64,000 nt of DNA from an uncultured Planctomycetaceae bacterium (GTDB taxonomy: Bacteria; Planctomycetota; Planctomycetia; Isosphaerales; Isosphaeraceae). Location: assembly GCA_963833985.1 (NCBI GenBank), contig CAWIAD010000001.1:1216001-1280000 (forward strand). Direction: 5' to 3'. The notes under the pieces are model-generated. The model was not told where the DNA came from. It ran no database searches and saw only the letters and a list, made by a program, of their open reading frames with translations. Both the position numbers and the translations under genes were made by a program. Shown here in pieces: positions 53,897-63,714 of the stretch. Numbering within the stretch: the stretch's first letter is position 1; each line of letters starts with the position of its first letter.

Positions 53897-54305
53897 AGGA
53901 CTTCTCGACACGGATACCCTCTCCGACATCGGCAAGGGCAAGAATCCGGCCATCGCGGCTAATGCCAAGACCTACCGGAGGGCATTCGGCCATTATTCGT
54001 TCTCGACCGTCACCGTGCTCGAAATCGTCCGGGGATACCAGAAGGCCCAACAACTCCAGCGTTTGCACACCTTCATGGCATCCATCGTCTCGGAAGAGGT
54101 TTTCCCCTTGGATGTCGCCGCCGCCGAGCTGGCGGGCCGCATAACCGGCGATCTCGACCGTATCGGCCAGACCATCGGCCGGGCGGATCCCATCATCGCC
54201 GCGATCGCCATCGAGCAAGGGTTGGAGGTGGTCACGGGCAACACTGCCCATTATCAGCGAATCCAACAGCCTGGCTATCCCCTGACGCTGGTCAACTGGC
54301 GGTAA
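53889..54305 (+). CDS. PIN-domain (VapC-like) toxin
   Basis: LLDTDTLS, VLEIVRG, ADPIIAAIA, VTGNTAHY. Confidence 0.9.
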   Translation: MNKGLLDTDTLSDIGKGKNPAIAANAKTYRRAFGHYSFSTVTVLEIVRGYQKAQQLQRLHTFMASIVSEEVFPLDVAAAELAGRITGDLDRIGQTIGRADPIIAAIAIEQGLEVVTGNTAHYQRIQQPGYPLTLVNWR

Positions 54306-54360
54306 TTTCGCCTGAGATACCGGCCAGTTCCCTGCTTTGAAGGCCATCTGCTCGGTGAAA

Positions 54361-54458
54361 GCCGGTGCATGAGATATCCTGGGCCGGTTTCGGACTATGA
54401 GATTACCGAGGCCGGTCTATGAGACCCGGGGCCGGTCTATGAGATACCGTAGGCCGGG
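54361..54458. repeat. Array of imperfect 20-28-bp direct repeats with core GCCGGTCTATGAGAT
   Basis: TGAGA cores at 54370, 54398, 54420 and 54440, plus one at 54313. Confidence 0.75.
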
Positions 54459-54719
54459 AATTCGTCGTAAGTCGTTATTGAATAACGTTGAAGTGGAATT
54501 CACGCTACTCGCTCAGCAACTCGACGCGTTTTTCGAGGGTGCTCGGGAGCTGCCGGCAAGGTCCCGTCACCAGATCCTATTTTGCCGTGAGTGCCGACCG
54601 CTTCAACTCATTCAGATGCGGGATGAGGAAGCCTGCCCTACTTGCAGTGCCGACTTGATCACGCGGTCGTGAATAAGGAAAGGCGACGCAACCCGATGCA
54701 ATTGGCATCAGATACTTCG

Positions 54720-55028
54720 CTAAGCAGTTCCGCAAGAGTCTTTGCTCAGGATTGCAGTTCGCTTGCCCGGGGCTGAGGGCCAAGCCTGGTCGCTCTCCTC
54801 GTGGGGTACGATTCCGATCGTGCCATGCCATTCTCGTGGGGTACGATTCCGATCGTGCCATTCCTGGTCCATCAGATCGAAAAGTGACACGAATGGAATC
54901 GTGTCCCACGAGGAGATCGAAAAGTGACACGAATGGGAATCGTGCCCGACAAAGAGCGGCCTCCCGGTCATGCAGGATCGCGTCAACCTGCTGAATGTCT
55001 GTCAAAGAACTATTGCGAACCTGCTTAG
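54720..55028. mobile_element. Non-autonomous element with ~25-bp imperfect terminal IRs enclosing four REP-like palindromes
   Basis: CTAAGCAGTTCCGCAAGAGTCTTTG versus CAAAGAACTATTGCGAACCTGCTTAG; REPs at 54798 and 54833 (direct) and 54885 and 54925 (inverted). Confidence 0.65.
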
Positions 55029-55057
55029 CCGGACGTGTGCGAACTGGCCCGTTACAC

Positions 55058-56332
55058 ATGACCGAACCCCGCGCGCTGGTGGAGCACTTTTTTCGGCACG
55101 AGTCCGGGCGGCTGGTCGCGCTCTTGACCCGGTCGCTCGGCGTGCGCCGGCTGGAGCTCGTCGAGGACGTTGTTCAGGCCGCGCTGGTGCAGGCCCTGGA
55201 AACCTGGTCGCGGCGCGGCGTGCCGGAAGACCCGGCCGGATGGCTCTACCGCACGGCGCGCAACCTGGCGATCGACGCGCTGCGGAGGGAACGAACATAC
55301 GCCCAGACCTTGCCGCACCTGGCCACTGACGCAGAGCGGGAATCGTTGCCGCCCGAGGCGCATTTCGGCGACGAGATTGGCGACGAGCCGCTTCGCCTCC
55401 TTTTTGTCTGCTGCCATGAAGCAGTGCCGGCCGAATCCCGCGTCGCCCTCGCGCTGCGGACGCTCTGCGGTTTCAGCACCGCGGAGATTGCCCGCGCGCT
55501 GCTCACCGCCGACTCGAACGTCCAGAAGCGGATCGAGCGCGCGCGCGAACGACTGCGCGGGCTGCCTGTGGATCTGGACACGCCGGGCGCGGCCCAGCTT
55601 TGCGCCCGGCTGGAGGCGGTCCTCGCGGTCGTTTATCTCCTTTTCAGTCAGGGCTGCCACGTCACTCATGGCGACATGCCGATCCGCCGCGACCTGTGCG
55701 ATGAGGCCCGGCGCCTGGCGCGGATGCTCGCCGGTCATCCCGTGGGCGACGTCCCGGCGGTCCATGCGTTGCTCGCGCTGATGTGCTTCCACGCGGCCCG
55801 CTTCGACGCGCGCGTCGCTCTGGACGGCGCCATCGTGCTGCTCGACGAACAGGATCGCTCCAGCTGGAACTGGGGCGATGTGCGTGAAGGCATGGCGTGG
55901 CTCGCCAGGTCCGCCGCCGGCGAAGAGCTGACGCGCTATCACCTGGAAGCCGGCATCGCGTGGGAGCACTGCCGCGCGCCGAGCTTCGCCGACACCGATT
56001 GGCGGCGGATCGCCGAGCTGTACAGCCTGCTCGAGCGCATCGCTCCGTCGCCCCTGCACTCGCTCAACCGCTCCGTCGCCGATGCTTACCTGCACGGCCC
56101 GCAAGCCGGTCTCGAGCGCCTGGCCGCCGTTCCTCCGGGAAGCGTTCCGGCCGGTTATCCCGGCTGGTACGCGGTGATGGGGGAGTTTCATTTCCGGCTC
56201 GGCCGGCACTCTGCCGCCGAACGCGCCTGGCGGGAAGCGCTCCGCCTGACCACGGCCCGCGCCGATCGTGAGTTCCTGAGCCGCCGCCTCGCCGCTTGCC
56301 GGCCCGATGGAGCCGAACCCGCCACGGACTAA
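55058..56332 (+). CDS. ECF sigma factor with C-terminal TPR extension (ECF42-like)
   Basis: VEDVVQ.A...W, PAGWL..ARN.AID, LRLLFVCCH, LRTLCGFS..EIARAL, TDWRRI..LY, LNRSVA. Confidence 0.9.
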   Translation: MTEPRALVEHFFRHESGRLVALLTRSLGVRRLELVEDVVQAALVQALETWSRRGVPEDPAGWLYRTARNLAIDALRRERTYAQTLPHLATDAERESLPPEAHFGDEIGDEPLRLLFVCCHEAVPAESRVALALRTLCGFSTAEIARALLTADSNVQKRIERARERLRGLPVDLDTPGAAQLCARLEAVLAVVYLLFSQGCHVTHGDMPIRRDLCDEARRLARMLAGHPVGDVPAVHALLALMCFHAARFDARVALDGAIVLLDEQDRSSWNWGDVREGMAWLARSAAGEELTRYHLEAGIAWEHCRAPSFADTDWRRIAELYSLLERIAPSPLHSLNRSVADAYLHGPQAGLERLAAVPPGSVPAGYPGWYAVMGEFHFRLGRHSAAERAWREALRLTTARADREFLSRRLAACRPDGAEPATD

Positions 56333-56452
56333 CGGCGGCCCAGGGAAGAACGGCGCAGGTGAAAGTGGCGGGCGCGGGTCCTCGCGTGGCCCGGTGTCGT
56401 GGCGACGGGGATGTCCTCTGGAAGCGATTCGCGCGCGGGCGTTACTGCCGCG

Positions 56453-57820
56453 TCAACAAACGGGCTGGAGCAGTTCCAGCAACACATGCGCTGATGGGTC
56501 GGTGTCGATTCCGGCAACCCGCTCCTCGATCCTCTCGGCCTGCGTGCGTCCCACCACGGGGTCCGCCAGATGATGGAACTTGGCGGAGAGCTGCGCGGGG
56601 GAGAGCGGATTCGCGGGGTGGCCGGGAGGATGTCGGATCTCGGACCGGAGCTCGGAGCCGTCTTCCAGGCGGATCGTCAGCCGGTTCGGCGTGGCCTCGG
56701 GATAGGCCGCCGAGTAAGCGGGATCCTCGGTCACGCGGGTGCGATCGATGAGCGCCTTAACCAGCGGATCGTTCCATCGCTCGGGCCGGAACTGCGCGGC
56801 CGTGACCGTGCCGTCGACCAGGGCGATGACCGTGCAGAAGGGGAGGCTGTGGTCGGCCGTCTCGCGGCTTTGCGGCCGCCATTTTTCCGGATCCCGGGCG
56901 ATGATCTCGACGGCCGCGGCGAAGGTGGCAATCTCAATGGAGCCGATGCGCCGCGGATCGCCGATGCGCGGGCGCAGCTCCAGCGCCGCGGCGATCGCCG
57001 ACTGCGCGTGATACTCGGCCGGCACGAGCTTGATCGCGGTTCTGGGCAGCATCCAGTCGCCCGCGTCCGGCCCTCCCAGCGCGGGCAGCTCGATCGGTCC
57101 GGAGACCTGCTGCATGAAGCCCATCTCGCCCTCGAAGAGCGGCGCCGGGCCGGTCATCCCGAGCGCGGCGAGCTGCGCGGCGAGCACGCCGTTGCGCGCG
57201 GCGAATGCGAACGCGCATCCCTTCCACATGGAGAGCTCGCCGGCGCGAGTGAGGCGTAAGGCCGTGCCAGTCGTCCCGGCGATCCCCAGCGCGTGCACGG
57301 TCTGCTCATGGTTCAGTCCACCCAGCCGGGCCGCCGCCAGCGCCGCCGAGATCGAGCCATACGTGGTGTGATCCCAGCCCCGGCAGCGCAGGCAGGCCGC
57401 GTCGCAGAGCCGGCACTGCACCTCGTAGGCGACCACCGCGGCCGTGATCCAGTCCTTACCGCTGGCGCCGGCGGCCTCGCCGGCCGCCATCACCGCGGCC
57501 CAGTTGTCGCTGGGGTGCGCGGGTTCGAGCCCCAGATAGGTGTCGTTGCAGTCGAGGTAGCGCACATGCACACCATTGGCGAACGCGGCCCAATCCGGTG
57601 CCGACTGGCCGCCGCCGATGAGCGTGGCGGAGGGGGTGCCGTGGACCCGGGAAGCGGCCCGACGCGCCATCATGGGTGGCGGCTCGCCGACCGCGGCGAT
57701 GGCGCATCCCAGCGAGTCCAGCAGCCGCCGCCGGGCTTCAACGATCACCACCTCCGGCAGGTCCTCGAAGCGCGTCCCGAGCGCAAACACCGCAAGCCGA
57801 TCCGCCAGGTAAGCAGACAT
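56453..57820 (-). CDS. prpD: MmgE/PrpD family protein (2-methylcitrate dehydratase-like)
   Basis: RYLDCNDTY, HPSDN, GWDH, GELSMWKG, ETADHSLP, GHP.NP. Confidence 0.85.
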   Translation of the reverse strand: MSAYLADRLAVFALGTRFEDLPEVVIVEARRRLLDSLGCAIAAVGEPPPMMARRAASRVHGTPSATLIGGGQSAPDWAAFANGVHVRYLDCNDTYLGLEPAHPSDNWAAVMAAGEAAGASGKDWITAAVVAYEVQCRLCDAACLRCRGWDHTTYGSISAALAAARLGGLNHEQTVHALGIAGTTGTALRLTRAGELSMWKGCAFAFAARNGVLAAQLAALGMTGPAPLFEGEMGFMQQVSGPIELPALGGPDAGDWMLPRTAIKLVPAEYHAQSAIAAALELRPRIGDPRRIGSIEIATFAAAVEIIARDPEKWRPQSRETADHSLPFCTVIALVDGTVTAAQFRPERWNDPLVKALIDRTRVTEDPAYSAAYPEATPNRLTIRLEDGSELRSEIRHPPGHPANPLSPAQLSAKFHHLADPVVGRTQAERIEERVAGIDTDPSAHVLLELLQPVC

Positions 57821-57956
57821 TGCGCCACCCCATCGCGCCGCTCGCGGCGCCGGCACCCGCTTCGTGCCCGCTCGCGAACCTTCCCGGAGCTTAGCCTGTG
57901 GCACGCCGTTCCGCCAGGGGACAAGGCAACCGAGGAGCCGCGCGGATGACCGATGA

Positions 57957-59959
57957 CTACCGCGGCAGGGCCGGCATGAGGTCGGGCCCGGGGGCGACGG
58001 CCGTGGCGGGCGCCAGTGCTCGGACCGCGTCTGGAGCAGGGGCGGATGTCCTGGCCGGCGCGCGTACGGGTCCCGCCCGGCCGGCCCGGGCCGTCTGGAG
58101 TGACAACCCGGCATGTTCCCAGAGGATCCGGCGCACTTCCTGGATGGCCTCGCCATCCTTCTGCACGCCATGATCGGACCGCACCACTTTCTCGGAGGCC
58201 GCATTTTCCAGGTGGGCGCTCCTGTACGGAACGACTCCGTCGGTGGTGTTGTCCACGCCGCCAGGGCGCAGTGAGCCGATGATGGAGTGGTACACCACGC
58301 CTTCGCCAGGCTTCATGGCCAGCAGCGACTTGAGAATCGGCGAGCCGGGATCGAGCGTCTCGATACTGGTGGGAAAGCGCCGGAAACGACGGCGGTCGAA
58401 AGAGTCGGGGTTGTCCTTCACAAGCTGGTAGAGCAGCTTTGCCACGTAGTCCGGGTCGTTGATCAGCCCCGCGCTGACGCGCCCGACCATGCCGTGCGAC
58501 AGGTCGGACCCGCGGTGCGGCGTGGCCAGGAAGACCACCCGGCTGACGAACGGCAGGGGCTCGAAGACAAGCAGCCTGCGCAGCTCTTCCAGGACGTTCC
58601 TGGGCCCGTTGATCTCGTCGAACGGGCGGTCCGAGTACAGCCTCCAGAGCTGGTCGCTGCTGGAGACCGTCATGAAATGGCTGAGCAGGCCTCCCATGCT
58701 GTGCCCGAGCAGCACCATGCGGTCAAACGCCGGGTCGCGGCCGTCCGGGTTGTACATCATCTTGGCCTGGCTGAGCGCATCACGCAGACTGGCCGCGGCA
58801 ATGGGGATCGGCACGCCGGTGGGGTACATGTAGAGGAAGAACTGGTAACGCTGCTGGATCGCCGGATCACGCTGAGAGCTCGTTCAGCATGGGAATCCAG
58901 GCCAGCGGCGAGGAGATCAGCCCGTGCACCATGACCACGGGAATCTTCCCCGGTTCGTACGGGCGGATCATCAGCAGGTTCGCGCGGGCGAGAGCGCGCT
59001 CGGGACGCAGCAGGCCCGACCAGCGGTACTTCTCCAGGTCGGTGCGCGACCACATGTACGCCAGCGGCGTGGTCAGGTCGGACTCGAGCGCGATCAGGTT
59101 CGGCGGCTGGCCGACGGCGCGTTCGCGCACCGGGTCCTTCAGCTCCAGCGTGCACTTGCGGGCCTCGTCCACGCTCTCGCCGGGATCGCGTAGCCGCGAG
59201 TTCGGCATCAGGAACGCCGTGAGCGGGAACGCCATCTCGTCGGGGTAGAACCGCTCCTGGGCCGCCCGCTCCTCCTGCTTCGGATCGGTGACCCGGACCC
59301 CGATGAGCGGGACGCCCAGGCCGTACCGGTTGTGGCTCGTCGCCATGCCGGAGACCTCGAAGTCGGACGAGAGAATCAGCTTGTGCACGTCGGCCGGCGA
59401 CCAGGGCGAGTCGCGGAGCATCACCTGGAGCACCTGCTCGTGGCCGTGCACCTTGAGCTTGATGGCCCCTTGCGGATCAATCGGGTCCTTCGCCTGCGCC
59501 GCGCGGATGATCCGCTCCAGCCCCGCATTGTAAATCTTGCAAGCGAGCTGGAAGCGCGGGTCCGTCGGACCGCGGCCGTCGGCGAGATCGGGGTCGAAAA
59601 GGTAGTCATGGGCGTAGCCGACGGCGTCCAGGAACCGGTCGATCGCCTGGGCGCGGCGCCAGCGGTCCTGCTTCAGTCCGTCCACCCAGGAAAGCTCGGC
59701 CAGGGCGTAGACCAGCTCCGCGTCGGGCCGCTTCCGCGTCACCTTCTCCAGGCTCAGCAGCGCGTTGTTGGCGTTCCTGCGGTAAGCGCGATCAAGGTCA
59801 TACCGCTTGAGCGTCTCGAGCGTCCGCTCGCTGGGGCGGTCGATCTCCGCGGCCCCATGCTGAAAGGCCGAGCCCGCGCTCGCCACGGCTGGGAGAGATG
59901 GTGATGTCCGACCACCCCACGAGCGCGGAGCACAGTATCGCGATGTGAGCTGCTGCCAT
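57957..59959 (-). CDS. Alpha/beta-hydrolase-fold esterase/lipase-like protein (frameshift near 58874; start uncertain)
   Basis: PVVMVHGLISSP, GHSMGG, FLATPHRGS, DGVVPY.SAHL. Confidence 0.82.
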
Positions 59960-60500
59960 GTCGGGCCACTCCGTTGACCCAGGTTCCGTATCTCCCGTCG
60001 TCTGCTTCCTGCTGCGCATCCCTGCGATCCGGGCTGGCACCGGGTAGCCCCGGAATGATGACGTGGAAGGCCAGCCGGGTCAATGCCGGTCGCCGGAGGT
60101 TTTGAGGCGATTGAGGCGGCGAATCGCTCTCTACGGTCGAGGTGCCCCGAGAGCGTGTCGCAAACGATGTCAAGATGCAACGCGGCGAAGGGCCGTCTCA
60201 TTTCACGATGGAGGACCGGTTCGAGCGGCAACCTCGTTCCTTACCGATAGGTTTCGGAGGAAACACTTCGATGGGGAATCCTCGCTCAAGGCGGGAAACG
60301 GACATCGTCGAACGCCGCAGCATGACCGTGGTCGCGGCCCGAGCCGTTCGCGATTGTTCTCACTTTCCCTCGCGACTTCAAGACCGTTTTTCAGACAGGA
60401 TCAATCAATCCCACCGAATAAGCCGACCCGCGTGACAGGGCGGTTTCCAGCTGCGCTCGACGACCAGCAGGGTGATCCCGCCATTGCCGCGCCGCGAAAC

Positions 60501-60664
60501 GCAGCCGCTGGGATTCGCGACGGTAGGGTGAGGTCGAGCGGAGCGAGGCTCACGGTGTTGCTCAACGCGCCGAGCAGCCACTGGGATTCGCGACGGTAGG
60601 GTGGTGTCGAGCGGAGCGAGGCCCACTGTCTTGCTCAACGCGCCGATCAGCCGCTGGGATTCGC
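60501..60664. repeat. 73-bp tandem repeat (2 copies plus a partial) containing a GTAG-type REP-like palindrome
   Basis: Units start at 60501, 60574 and 60647; core GTAGGGTGAGGTCGAGCGGAGCGAGGCTCAC. Confidence 0.8.
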
Positions 60665-60779
60665 CAGATGATGCCGGCCCTGTTGCTCGGCGATTTCCTC
60701 CAATCGGCCCCGACTGGATGCGTAGTACCGGCCCAGCAGCCGGCCGCCGGATCGCTTCAGCAGCCGCGCTTGCCAGCTC

Positions 60780-60975
60780 TCGGCCATGCTTCCGACCCGT
60801 CGCTGGCTGGGTCCACTCCCGGACCTGGATAAGGGTCCTTCGGCCTGGCCCGGGCGATGCTCCCCGTCCTGTTTCGCGAGATCGCGCGATTCGATCGGCA
60901 GCCCGAAGAGTCGCTCCGGACCTGGCTCCGCCAGATGAGCGTGAACAAGATCCTGAACTGCCGTAGAATGCGTCT
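60780..60975 (+). pseudogene. Decayed ECF sigma factor (region 2 relic) upstream of the kinase
   Basis: LARAMLPVLFREIARFDRQPEESLRTWLRQMSVNKILN resembles region 2 of planctomycete kinase-associated ECFs; no region 4 is visible. Confidence 0.5.
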
Positions 60976-61195
60976 CGGCAGCCTTCGGCTCGTTCGATAC
61001 GGCCTGGCAACGCCGTCGCATGAATCAGACAGGCGCCGCAGGAAGCCACTTCCTCGCCTGATTTCGGGCTCTCAAGCGTTCAGGCCAAGAAGCCGGTTTC
61101 GATTTTGGTAGTCTCAGTTCTTCGAGACAGATCGCGAGCGGAATCCACTTTTCCTTTCAGAGGCGGCCACGTATCGCGCTTCCGGAGTTCGGGTC

Positions 61196-63457
61196 ATGGA
61201 CGCCAGGGCCATCTCACATCCGACCGATGAGTCCTTGAGGTCTTACGGACTGGGCAAGCTCGACGGCGCTGCGATCGAGGTTCTCCGCGACCATCTTATG
61301 CGATGTCCCGGTTGTCGGAGACGGATTGGCGAGCTGACGGCTGAGAGTGTTGTCGATGGAGTGCGAAACGCGCGGGGGAAGGGCACGTACTTGCCCGGTC
61401 CATCCGCCACGGAAAGCATCAGCGCTCGGGGAGCGAACACCCCTGCGACGCCTCCGGCAAGCACGCTGCCGCCGGGCCTGGCAAACCACCCCGACTATGA
61501 GATTCTCCGCGAACTGGGTCGCGGAGGCATGGGCGTCGTATACCTGGCCCAGAACAGGCTCATGGGGCGGAAAGAGGTTCTCAAGGTCGTCAGTGGTCAT
61601 CTGCTTGATCGTCCCGGCGTCGCGGACCGCTTCCTGCGTGAGATCCGATCGGCCGCCCGGCTGCACCATGCCAACATTGTCACTGCGTATTCAGCGCTTC
61701 GCGCCAGCGAGAGCCTCGTCTTCGCCATGGAATACGTCGAGGGCTACGACCTGGCGCAGCTCGTGAAAAGTCAAGGGCCGCTCCCGGTTGCCCACGCCTG
61801 CAAGTTCGTTTACGAGGCGGCACTCGGTCTTCAGCACGCTCACGAGAAAGGGATGGTGCACCGCGACATCAAGCCGAACAACCTGATCCTGGCTCGCGAG
61901 GGCCGGAAGCCGGTGGTGAAGGTGCTCGATTTCGGGCTTGCCAAGGCGACGCGCGAGGGACACGAGGATACCAGCTTGACCGAAGAAGGCCAGTTGCTGG
62001 GTACCCCCGACTTCATGGCACCCGAGCAGTCACTGGATGCCCAGAAGGCCGACATCCGCGCGGACATCTACAGTTTAGGCTGCACCCTCTATTACCTCTT
62101 GAAAGGCGCCCCGCCGTTCCGAGCGAAAAGCCTGTACGAGCTGCTGAAGGCGCACCAGTCGATGAATCCGACGCCGCTGAACCTGGCCCGGCCGGCGGTG
62201 CCGCTGGAGCTCGCCGCGCTCGTGGCCAGGATGATGGCCAAGGAACCGGAACGGCGTTTCCAGACGCCGAAGGCCGTGGCGCAGGCGCTGAAGCCGTTCT
62301 TCAAGACCGCGATCGAAAGGCCGGAAGCGTCGCCTGAGCAGCCTCCTGCGCCGGCTGCGACTCGGAGCCCGAGCACGATCGAGCTGGCAGATGGCCTTGC
62401 CGAGACAGAACCCGAAGAGGTGGAACCGGAAGACACGCCCGCGCCAGAGCCGGCCAGCCGCCCGCGGTGGTTCTGGCCGTCGCTGGCTGCGGGCTTTTTC
62501 TTCGTGGCACTGCTGACCTCGTGGGCGGCGCTCTTCAGAACGGGTGCCGGCAACGGAAGCAACGCATCCGCCGGTCCAGAAACGGGCTCGAGCGTTTTCC
62601 CCGGTGCGCCGGCCGGGCCTGCGGACACCGCAAGGGAAGGTGATCGTACACGGCCGCCGGCACGACAAGAGTGGACAAACCCGATGGGGATGAGATTCGT
62701 CCGGATCGAGGCGGGTGAATTTCGGATGGGCTCAAGCCCCTACCAGGTCAACCAGCTCATGAACCTCTATCCGCCCACCAAAACTCTCGACTGGTGGAAC
62801 GGCGAGCAGCCCCAGCATTTCGTGAGGATCACGCGGCCGTTCCTGCTCGGCGTTTGCGAGGTGACGCAGGGGCAGTACAAAACCGTGACGGGCAAAAACC
62901 CGAGCCATTTCACGGGATCCGAAGCTCTCCCCGTCGAGCAGGTTTCCTGGATCGACGCCGCCACGTTCTGCAACCGGCTGAGCGAGCAGAGCGGCCGGAA
63001 GCCCTACTACCGTATCGCTGGCGATGAGGCCGCTGTCGCCGGCGGCACGGGCTACCGCCTTCCCGCCGAGGCGGAATGGGAATACGCCTGTCGGGCGGGC
63101 ACATCGACGCTCTTTCCGTTTGGGGACGATCCACGTGTCGCTGGTGATCATACGTGGTACATCGATAATTCCGGCAAGGTCACTCAGCCGGTCGGTCAGA
63201 AGCGTGCCAATCCGTGGGGTCTTCATGACATGATGGGGAATGTCTGGGAATGGTGCGATGACTGGTACGATGTGGCGTATTATCAATCTTCCCCAGGCAC
63301 TGATCCGCCGGGCGCACGGCGCGCCACGAAAAGGGTCAGCCGTGGCGGCGCCTGGGAGTGCTTTGCCGGGTTCTGCCGGCCCGCGTTCCGTGGCGGGTGG
63401 GTTCCTGGAACTCGTGACAAGGTCCTTGGCTTCCGCGTCGCCGCGTTCCAGGAATGA
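61196..63457 (+). CDS. Ser/Thr protein kinase with N-terminal zinc-finger (anti-sigma-like), TM segment and FGE-sulfatase domain
   Basis: HLMRCPGC; LGRGGMG, HRDIKPNN, DFG, GTPDFMAPE; RLPAEAEWEYACRAG, NPWGLHDMMGNVWEW, GFRVA. Confidence 0.95.
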   Translation: MDARAISHPTDESLRSYGLGKLDGAAIEVLRDHLMRCPGCRRRIGELTAESVVDGVRNARGKGTYLPGPSATESISARGANTPATPPASTLPPGLANHPDYEILRELGRGGMGVVYLAQNRLMGRKEVLKVVSGHLLDRPGVADRFLREIRSAARLHHANIVTAYSALRASESLVFAMEYVEGYDLAQLVKSQGPLPVAHACKFVYEAALGLQHAHEKGMVHRDIKPNNLILAREGRKPVVKVLDFGLAKATREGHEDTSLTEEGQLLGTPDFMAPEQSLDAQKADIRADIYSLGCTLYYLLKGAPPFRAKSLYELLKAHQSMNPTPLNLARPAVPLELAALVARMMAKEPERRFQTPKAVAQALKPFFKTAIERPEASPEQPPAPAATRSPSTIELADGLAETEPEEVEPEDTPAPEPASRPRWFWPSLAAGFFFVALLTSWAALFRTGAGNGSNASAGPETGSSVFPGAPAGPADTAREGDRTRPPARQEWTNPMGMRFVRIEAGEFRMGSSPYQVNQLMNLYPPTKTLDWWNGEQPQHFVRITRPFLLGVCEVTQGQYKTVTGKNPSHFTGSEALPVEQVSWIDAATFCNRLSEQSGRKPYYRIAGDEAAVAGGTGYRLPAEAEWEYACRAGTSTLFPFGDDPRVAGDHTWYIDNSGKVTQPVGQKRANPWGLHDMMGNVWEWCDDWYDVAYYQSSPGTDPPGARRATKRVSRGGAWECFAGFCRPAFRGGWVPGTRDKVLGFRVAAFQE

Positions 63458-63714
63458 GCCGTTGAGGGCGCCAGGAATGGGAGGCGAACACATCACGTGT
63501 TGGGTTCTTGCGAGATTGCTCCGTTCACGGTAAGTTGATCCGGTGTCCGATCGGCCGCGTGGAATCATGTCAGCAGGGCCTCGGCGGATTGACCCCGGGA
63601 GAGCCCGTTTCGCCACTGTCCGAGCACACTTCGTCCGAGCGGCATCGTCGTCGGTTTGCGTGATGCATATCTTCGCCGGCGGCACACCGTTGCACGATCC
63701 AGGGAGTCGTTGCG

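Noticed and set aside
60501..60664. Possible mini-CRISPR: 73-bp period and a 10-nt match (TGCTCAACGC) to the reverse complement of the CRISPR repeat
   Set aside because: The units are near-identical over their whole length, with no unique spacers.
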